DNA from: a virus
Lineage: Duplodnaviria; Heunggongvirae; Uroviricota; Caudoviricetes
Direction: 5' to 3' (one strand)
Length of the DNA: 4,816 nt
Virus record (IMG/VR): IMGVR_UViG_2568526676_000011
The translations under genes and the position numbers were made by a program. Shown here one piece after another: positions 1 through 4,816 of this stretch (position 1 is its first letter; each line of letters opens with the position of its first letter). The notes under the pieces are model-generated. The model was not told the origin of the DNA and ran no database searches. It saw nothing but the letters and a program-made list of their open reading frames with translations.

Positions 1-2147
1 TCACCACCACCGAAAGCACCGCCAATGGCGCTGCCGATACGCCCGACAATGCCCACCATGGCCTGTTTAAGCAGGATTTCTGTCATCATGGACAGCACCG
101 AACGGGTGAATCCCCGCCAGTCTGCCTCTGCACCGGTCAGCATCGCCGCCATATTCTGTGCAATACCATCAAAGGTCTGCGTGGCTGCACTTTTTACCTG
201 CGACATACTGTCCGTGGCGCTCTCTTCCCACTCACTCCAGCCGGACTTCAGGCCTGCCATCCAGCTCCCGCGAAGCTGGTCTTCAGCCGCCCAGGTCTTT
301 TTCTGCTCTGACATGACGTTATTCAGCGCCAGCGGATTATCGCCATACTGTTCCTTCAGGCGCTGTTCCGTGGCTTCCCGTTCTGCCTGCCGGTCAGTCA
401 GCCCCCGGCTTTTCGCATCAATGGCGGCCCGTTTTGCCCGTTGCTGCTGTGCGAATTTATCCGCCTGCTGTGCCAGCTCATTCAGGCGTTTCTGGTATTC
501 AACCTTGTCGCCCAGCTCAGCCAGCTGGCGTTTGTACTCCAGCGTCTCGTCTTTATGCGCCAGCAGGGATTTTTCCTGCTCAGATAACTGTCGTTTCGTG
601 GCAGCCTCTTTCAGGACCGCGAACTGACTCTCCGCCTTCCACAAATCCCGGCGCTGCTGGCTGATTTTCTCATTTGCTCCGGCATGCTTCTCCAGCGTCC
701 GGAGTTCTGCCTGAAGCGTCAGCAGGGCAGCATGAGCACTGTCTTCCTGACGATCGCCCGCAGACACCTTCACGCCGGACTGTTTCGGCTTTTTCAGCGT
801 CGCTTCATAATCCTTTTTCGCCGCCGCCATCAGCGTGTTGTAATCCGCCTGCAGGATTTTCCCGTCTTTCAGTGCCTTGTTCAGTTCTTCCTGACGGGCG
901 GTATATTTCTCCAGCGGCGTCTGCAGCCGTTCGTAAGCCTTCTGCGCCTCTTCGGTATATTTCAGCCGTGACGCTTCGGTATCGCTCTGCTGCTGCGCAT
1001 TTTTGTCCTGTTGAGTCTGCTGCTCAGCCTTCTTTCGGGCGGCTTCAAGCGCAAGACGGGCCTTTTCACGATCATCCCAGTAACGCGCCCGCGCTTCATC
1101 GTTAACAAAATAATCATCCTTGCGCAGATTCCAGATGTCGTCTGCTTTCTTAAACGCAGCCTCTGCCTTAATCAGCATCTCCTGCGCGGTATCAGGACGA
1201 CCAATATCCAGCACCGCATCCCACATGGATTTGAATGCCCGTGCAGTCCTGTCTGCCCAGGTCTCCAGCGTGCCCATGTTCTCTTTCAGGCGGCGGGTCT
1301 GGTCATCAAACCCTTTCGTTGCGGCCTCGTTCGCCGCCTGCAATGCCCCGGCTTCATCGCCGGAACGCTGCAACTGAGCAACATACGCAATCTGCTCCGC
1401 CGTCACGTTATGGAACTGGCGTGCCATCGCCGTCAGCCCCGACGTCGGGTCTGTGGTCAGCTTCCCGAAGGCTTCAGCGACCTTGTCCACCTCCACGCCG
1501 GATGCAGAGGAGAAACGCGCCACACTCTGGCTGATGGACGCAATCTGAGCCTCACCGCTTACCCCCGCCTTAACCAGTGCGCTGAGTGACTCGCTGGTCT
1601 GGTTAAACGTCAGCCCTGCCGCCTGCCCGGCTCTGGACAGGACCAGCATACGATCTGCCGTCAGTCCCGCCTGATTGCCGGAAAGGACCAGCGTTTTGTT
1701 GAAATCGGACAGGGTTGAGTTGCCCTGATACCAGGCATACGCCAGCGCACCGGTCGCCACCGCCAGCGAGGTGGCCCCCACCATCGGCAGGGTGATCGCA
1801 CCGGCAAGCCCCCTGAACATGGGGATCATCCCGCCGAAGGAGTCCTTCACCTGCCCCCCCTGTTGCAGCAGGATCAGCCACGGACTTTGCCCGCCTGCAA
1901 GCTGCGTGGCCACGTCGGTGAACTGTGCAGGCAGCATACGCATGGCGGCTTTATACTGCCCGACGGAAATCCCCGCTTTCTGTGCAGCCAGCGCCTGTCG
2001 GCTCAGCGACTGTTCAACGACTGCCGCTGTTTTTTTCGCATCACTTTCCGTACCGGAAAAATGACGCCTGACTCTGGCCATCTGCTCGTCAAATCTGGCC
2101 GCATCCAGACTTAAATCAACGACCAGATCGCCTACCGGTTCAGCCAT
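1..2147 (-). CDS. H: tail tape measure protein (lambda gpH-like), N-terminal ~715 codons; 3' end lies beyond window coordinate 1
   Basis: ATG at 2147..2145 preceded by SD GGAGGAG (2154..2160). Hand translation gives MAEPVGDLVVDLSLDAARFDEQMARVRRHF..., which I recognise as lambda gpH. I checked the frame codon by codon for 1923..2147 and again at 3..120 (ends ...ILLKQAMVGIVGRIGSAIGGAFGGG); no in-frame stop, and the ORF track lists no minus-strand ORF terminating in this frame. Contains a hydrophobic segment (about residues 76-140) and a long K/E/Q/R-rich helical region, as expected for tape measure proteins. Start overlaps the T stop by 8 nt. Confidence 0.9.
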   Translation of the reverse strand, partial: MAEPVGDLVVDLSLDAARFDEQMARVRRHFSGTESDAKKTAAVVEQSLSRQALAAQKAGISVGQYKAAMRMLPAQFTDVATQLAGGQSPWLILLQQGGQVKDSFGGMIPMFRGLAGAITLPMVGATSLAVATGALAYAWYQGNSTLSDFNKTLVLSGNQAGLTADRMLVLSRAGQAAGLTFNQTSESLSALVKAGVSGEAQIASISQSVARFSSASGVEVDKVAEAFGKLTTDPTSGLTAMARQFHNVTAEQIAYVAQLQRSGDEAGALQAANEAATKGFDDQTRRLKENMGTLETWADRTARAFKSMWDAVLDIGRPDTAQEMLIKAEAAFKKADDIWNLRKDDYFVNDEARARYWDDREKARLALEAARKKAEQQTQQDKNAQQQSDTEASRLKYTEEAQKAYERLQTPLEKYTARQEELNKALKDGKILQADYNTLMAAAKKDYEATLKKPKQSGVKVSAGDRQEDSAHAALLTLQAELRTLEKHAGANEKISQQRRDLWKAESQFAVLKEAATKRQLSEQEKSLLAHKDETLEYKRQLAELGDKVEYQKRLNELAQQADKFAQQQRAKRAAIDAKSRGLTDRQAEREATEQRLKEQYGDNPLALNNVMSEQKKTWAAEDQLRGSWMAGLKSGWSEWEESATDSMSQVKSAATQTFDGIAQNMAAMLTGAEADWRGFTRSVLSMMTEILLKQAMVGIVGRIGSAIGGAFGGG

Positions 2148-2978
2148 ACCGGACTCCTCCTGCGATCCCTTCTGATACTGTCATCAGCATTACGTCATCC
2201 TCCGTCATGTCCGCCACATCCGGGGAAGCGGGGATAACTTCATTCCCGTCCGGGCCAAAGCGGACGCCTCCGGCAAGCCCTGCCGCTTTCTGCATCAGCA
2301 CATCATCTTCAGGCTCTTCGTCAGCCTCACGCCGGTTCAGCAGACTGAAATCCAGCGGATGCATATCCGGATCGCTGAAAAACAGGCTGAGCACGGTGTA
2401 CGTCAGCCCGGAAAAGTGCATATCCAGCAGAACATCATGAAAATAATGGGTACTGTAAAAGCGGTGCCAGTCGGCATACTCCGTGGATGACATCCCGGCA
2501 AGCATGGCACGCCAGTCGGGTCGCCCCATCTCGCGCGCCAGTTTCAGGGCAAAACTCAGCTCACCGTCGAACACTTTCCCGCAGAAACAGGCTCTGCAGG
2601 CCCGGCGTCCTCTGCCTGTTCAGGGGCATCATTCACCACAAACTCATACATACCGGACAGCCGGTACACCACGTTTTCAGCATGAGAAATTGCCTCTGTG
2701 GGCCAGGTGGTAAGCACTTCCTGCTCAATCTGTTTAACGGCTTCATTCATGGAAGGCTGCTTTGTCTTCTGCGGATGGTTATGCCACAGGGACATCGCCA
2801 CCACAAAAGCACCGGTTCTGATGGCGTCTTCCACTGTAAACTTCCGGTTGCTGTCTGACTCCGCCTGTTCTGCCTGCCGTTTCATCAGGGCGAGATGCTC
2901 AATACGCTGCAGGGCTGAAAGTTCAGAAAGCGTGACGGTCACGCCGTTATGTTCAAATGATTCGGTTTTCAGGAACAT
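2140..2978 (-). CDS. T: tail assembly chaperone G-T fusion, made by programmed -1 ribosomal frameshift near the 3' end of G (slip at 2574) into the T frame
   Basis: The T-frame ORF 2140..2574 (144 aa; VFDGELSFALKLAREMGRPDWRAM...) has no ATG and no SD of its own, begins inside the G GGA AAG heptamer, and is in the -1 frame relative to G. Reading GGG AAA G then re-reading from 2574 gives ...AGK VFDGELS.... Stop TGA at 2140..2142. Confidence 0.85.
2154..2160 (-). promoter_or_regulatory. Shine-Dalgarno for H (GGAGGAG), 6 nt upstream of ATG
   Basis: Plus strand 2154..2160 is ctcctcc; it lies inside the 3' end of the T frame. Confidence 0.6.
2556..2978 (-). CDS. G: tail assembly chaperone (lambda gpG-like), 140 aa
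   Basis: ATG at 2978..2976 with SD GGAGAG (2985..2990) 6 nt upstream; stop TGA at 2556..2558. Protein MFLKTESFEHNGVTVTLSELSALQRIEHLALMKRQ... ends ...PVSAGKCSTVS with the slippery heptamer 6 codons before the stop. Position between the major tail protein and tape measure genes is the canonical chaperone position. Confidence 0.92.
   Translation of the reverse strand: MFLKTESFEHNGVTVTLSELSALQRIEHLALMKRQAEQAESDSNRKFTVEDAIRTGAFVVAMSLWHNHPQKTKQPSMNEAVKQIEQEVLTTWPTEAISHAENVVYRLSGMYEFVVNDAPEQAEDAGPAEPVSAGKCSTVS
2574..2580 (-). promoter_or_regulatory. -1 programmed ribosomal frameshift slippery heptamer G GGA AAG (G/G-T recoding site)
   Basis: Plus strand 2574..2580 is ctttccc, so the minus strand reads GGGAAAG, in the G frame as G|GGA|AAG. 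The out-of-frame T ORF begins exactly here. Confidence 0.85.
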
Positions 2979-2984
2979 CGCTGA

Positions 2985-2990
2985 CTCTCC
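2985..2990 (-). promoter_or_regulatory. Shine-Dalgarno for G (GGAGAG), 6 nt upstream of ATG
   Basis: Plus strand 2985..2990 is ctctcc, within the 15-nt V-G intergenic gap. Confidence 0.6.
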
Positions 2991-2993
2991 GGA

Positions 2994-3734
2994 TTAACTG
3001 TCGGTGACAGTGATTTCTGCAACCGCAGCAAGTTCACCATTACCGGATACGACCGGAATGTTGACCTTGCCTGCAGCAACACCTTTCACGGTGATGGTCA
3101 TACCACTGACCGACACGGTGGCTTTTGTTTTATCCGCAGACACCGCACGGAAGCTCTTGTCGGTTGCGCCTTCCGGCTGGAATGCCACGGTCAGCGTGGT
3201 GCTCTGCCCTTTCACCACCGAGGTGCTGGCAGGCGTCACGGTCATGCCGGTTGCCGCTGTGACCGTGCTGCGATCTTCTGCCATCGACGGGCGTCCCACA
3301 TTGGTGACCTTCACCGTGCGGGTGATCACTTCCTTCGCCGTCACCGCTTTACCGATACTGCTGACCCAGCCACGGAACACATCGACCGTGCCGTTCGGGA
3401 AGCGGATTTTATAGGCACGGGTATCACCTTCATTAAACCACGCCAGCAGCGCCTGCTGCCCCTGCTCTCCGGGCATCCACGCCAGCGTGAAGCTGGTATC
3501 TCCGGCTGATTTCTGCCCCTGCCCGGTCGCAGTCCAGTCCGCATCTTCATCATCGAGATAGCTGTCGTCATAGGACTCAGCGGTCAGTTCGCCGGGCGTC
3601 AGGTCTTTAACTTTTGCCAGACGCAACCAGTCAACGTCTGAAAGCGGATTCGCATAAGGGTCACCGCTCCCCTTATAAACCCACAGGGTGGTCCCGGCAC
3701 CTTTCACCGGCATTACAGGATTTGGTACAGGCAT
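2994..3734 (-). CDS. V: major tail (tube) protein, lambda gpV-like, 246 aa
   Basis: Start chosen at ATG 3734..3732 ([31 protein letters not shown]...) rather than the upstream ATG at 3764 used by the ORF track, because 3734 has an SD (GAGGA, 3739..3743) and does not overlap U. Stop TAA at 2994..2996. C-terminal third is a T/V/S-rich beta region typical of an Ig-like (Big_2) decoration domain. Confidence 0.93.
   Translation of the reverse strand: MPVPNPVMPVKGAGTTLWVYKGSGDPYANPLSDVDWLRLAKVKDLTPGELTAESYDDSYLDDEDADWTATGQGQKSAGDTSFTLAWMPGEQGQQALLAWFNEGDTRAYKIRFPNGTVDVFRGWVSSIGKAVTAKEVITRTVKVTNVGRPSMAEDRSTVTAATGMTVTPASTSVVKGQSTTLTVAFQPEGATDKSFRAVSADKTKATVSVSGMTITVKGVAAGKVNIPVVSGNGELAAVAEITVTDS
2997..3269 (-). 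other. C-terminal Ig-like (Big_2-type) domain of the major tail protein, about residues 156-246
   Basis: Sequence ...[90 protein letters not shown] has the alternating hydrophobic/Thr-Ser pattern of bacterial Ig-like domains. Domain boundary is approximate and taken from knowledge of gpV. Confidence 0.6.
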
Positions 3735-3738
3735 AGCG

Positions 3739-3743
3739 TCCTC
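3739..3743 (-). promoter_or_regulatory. Shine-Dalgarno for V (GAGGA), 4 nt upstream of ATG, overlapping the U stop codon
   Basis: Plus strand 3739..3743 is tcctc; the U stop TGA is at 3742..3744. Confidence 0.55.
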
Positions 3744-4137
3744 ACATTTCATAGGTAATGACATAAGTCAGATCGGCTGAACTCCACAGGCCCGCATCAT
3801 CGTCGCGTCGGTAGTCATAGCCACTGGCCACCATACTGGTGATCAACTCTGACAGTGCCGGGATATCGCTCATCACCGGATAAATCCGGGACTCCATCCA
3901 CGCATCCAGCTCTGAATCCGGCACCTGAGCAGGCAGGAAAACTTCGATATGCAGCTCCGCCTGCCAGGTATCGCTGTCCAGCGCTTCGCCCGTGTATTCA
4001 GCGCCGGTGAGATAAACGGCAACTGCCGGAAAATCCGCCTCATCAAAAACAGCGGGGCGACCATCAAAAAACGTCGCCCCGGTGTCATGCTTCTCCAGTG
4101 CATCCAGTACGGCTGCACGGAGTTCAGTATGTTTCAT
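3742..4137 (-). CDS. U: tail tube terminator protein, lambda gpU-like, 131 aa
   Basis: ATG at 4137..4135 overlaps the Z stop (ATGA). Protein [48 protein letters not shown]... ends ...[10 protein letters not shown]; stop TGA at 3742..3744. Length and position between Z and V match gpU. Confidence 0.93.
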   Translation of the reverse strand: MKHTELRAAVLDALEKHDTGATFFDGRPAVFDEADFPAVAVYLTGAEYTGEALDSDTWQAELHIEVFLPAQVPDSELDAWMESRIYPVMSDIPALSELITSMVASGYDYRRDDDAGLWSSADLTYVITYEM

Positions 4138-4712
4138 CGCTTTATTACCATCCTCAGTTGATGCTGCAGCGCATAGCCCAGCTCTTTCGGAAGACGTTCA
4201 CGCCGTATCCGCTCAATATTTTGTTTAAACGCCGTGGTCAGCGGCACCGCCATCGGGATTTTCACCACATCAATGGGGTAACGGTTTTTCCCGGCCACAC
4301 GCTGCATAACATGCCACCGGCCATTTTTCAGTTGCTGAATAAACGCGCCGGGAATACGACGGTTACCCACCACAAGCACGCTGCCGCCACCTTTCAGGGA
4401 TGAACGCTGCCCCTTTTTACGACGCCTGCGGCGCGAAAGGACAACCCGCGCATTACCCAGCTTGATTACGGGCAAATCCCCCCGGTTAACCTTGATTCTG
4501 GCCTGCGGATTTTTGACCGTGGCCCTTTTCAGCCTGGCCCTTTCCTTTACCAGTTTCCGGCGTACCTTTGTCTCACGGGCAACCTGTGACACCGACTGCG
4601 ATATCGCGGATGAAGCAACGCGGTTAATGGCCATTGCGGCGGCACCGGGCACCGCCGTTCTGCTGATACGGCTGAGGTTTTCAACGGCCTGCTCAAGACC
4701 TTTTATGGCCAT
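4134..4712 (-). CDS. Z: tail completion protein, lambda gpZ-like, 192 aa
   Basis: ATG at 4712..4710 preceded by G-rich SD (AAGGGGG, 4717..4723); stop TGA at 4134..4136. Protein MAIKGLEQAVENLSRISRTAVPGAAAMAINRVASSAISQS... includes a strongly basic RRRRRKKGQR stretch. Recognised as lambda gpZ. Confidence 0.93.
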   Translation of the reverse strand: MAIKGLEQAVENLSRISRTAVPGAAAMAINRVASSAISQSVSQVARETKVRRKLVKERARLKRATVKNPQARIKVNRGDLPVIKLGNARVVLSRRRRRKKGQRSSLKGGGSVLVVGNRRIPGAFIQQLKNGRWHVMQRVAGKNRYPIDVVKIPMAVPLTTAFKQNIERIRRERLPKELGYALQHQLRMVIKR

Positions 4713-4716
4713 ACAT

Positions 4717-4723
4717 CCCCCTT
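4717..4723 (-). promoter_or_regulatory. Shine-Dalgarno for Z (AAGGGGG), 4 nt upstream of ATG
   Basis: Plus strand 4717..4723 is ccccctt, immediately after the expected FII stop position. Confidence 0.55.
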
Positions 4724-4816
4724 CCAGCGGCGACGGTTAACGGCAGGCGGTACGCCCCGCCCAAGCCAGAGATGACAGCTTCCGCCATCATCCGGCTGTA
4801 GTGGTCAAGTAATATT
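4724..4816 (-). CDS. FII: 3' end of head-tail joining protein gene (lambda gpFII-like), partial and possibly disrupted (see findings)
   Basis: The minus-strand frame with codon first bases at 4804, 4801, ... encodes PLQPDDGGSCHLWLGRGVPPAVNRRR, which I recognise as the C-terminus of lambda FII. This frame carries TGA at 4805..4807 and has TGG, not a stop, at 4724..4726; it ends at TAA 4703..4705. The 4724 boundary is the expected lambda FII end, not an observed stop. Confidence 0.5.

Noticed and set aside
1854-1860. Run of 7 C (plus) / 7 G (minus) inside H as a possible second programmed frameshift site
   Set aside because: It is read in-frame as GGG GGG within a continuous H ORF and no alternative-frame ORF of plausible function starts there. 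More likely just a slippage-prone homopolymer.
1603-1881. Minus-strand ORF of 92 aa inside H
   Set aside because: It is in a different frame from H (codon first bases congruent to 0 mod 3, H is 2 mod 3), entirely internal to H, with a Gly/Ala/Arg-rich low-complexity product. Alternate-frame artefact.
25-2064. Several long plus-strand ORFs (25..627, 674..1105, 684..971, 1011..1589, 1120..1377, 1235..1534, 1771..2064, 1863..2114) overlapping the H region
   Set aside because: They are antisense to the minus-strand tape measure gene, which is continuously open and recognisable. Their translations are low-complexity (Ser/Ala/Arg/Cys/Pro-rich), typical of shadow ORFs in GC-rich coding DNA, and they lack convincing ribosome binding sites.
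3341-3571. Minus-strand ORF of 76 aa inside V
   Set aside because: Out-of-frame overlap with the major tail protein gene; arginine-rich, no RBS. Artefact.
3735-3764. Upstream in-frame ATG at 3764 extending V by 10 codons ([10 protein letters not shown]...)
   Set aside because: It would overlap the 3' end of U by 23 nt and has no SD. The ATG at 3734 has a GAGGA SD at 4-nt spacing and gives the canonical 246-aa protein starting MPVPNP.
3873-4118. Minus-strand ORF of 81 aa inside U
   Set aside because: Out-of-frame overlap with U; no independent evidence.
2207-4740. Plus-strand ORFs 2207..2440, 2483..2713, 2487..2858, 2698..2997, 3004..3414, 3949..4161, 4098..4403, 4462..4740
   Set aside because: Antisense shadows of T, G, V, U and Z. 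Each lies fully within a well-supported minus-strand gene and has no independent support.
1-4816. Search for tRNA, CRISPR repeats, IS elements, attachment sites, internal promoters or rho-independent terminators
   Set aside because: No repeat-spacer periodicity, no cloverleaf-compatible segment, no terminal inverted repeats, and no intergenic space longer than 15 nt. A lambda-type late operon is read through from a single upstream late promoter outside this window.

Overview
The whole window is one minus-strand, tightly packed late-operon block of a lambda-type siphovirus tail module, and I see no unexplained space that could hold a novel system. Reading right to left on the minus strand: the last ~30 codons of an FII-like head-tail joining gene (4724..4816), Z (4134..4712), U (3742..4137), V (2994..3734), G (2556..2978), the T segment reached by a -1 frameshift at GGGAAAG (2574..2580) to make a G-T fusion (2140..2978), and the first ~715 codons of the tape measure gene H (1..2147, runs off the window). 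Protein lengths (Z 192, U 131, V 246, G 140, T segment 144 aa) and junctions (Z/U 4-nt ATGA overlap, U-V 7-nt gap, V-G 15-nt gap, T/H 8-nt overlap) match my recollection of phage lambda itself, so this is lambda or a very close lambdoid (pro)phage. I found no tRNA, CRISPR, mobile element, internal promoter or terminator. The one feature that does not fit the canonical picture is the FII 3' end: the conserved FII-like frame has an in-frame TGA at 4805..4807 and reads TGG where the stop is expected (4724..4726). All plus-strand ORFs in the supplied track are antisense shadows of these genes. I could not run any alignment; homology calls rest on recognising the translated proteins and the gene architecture.
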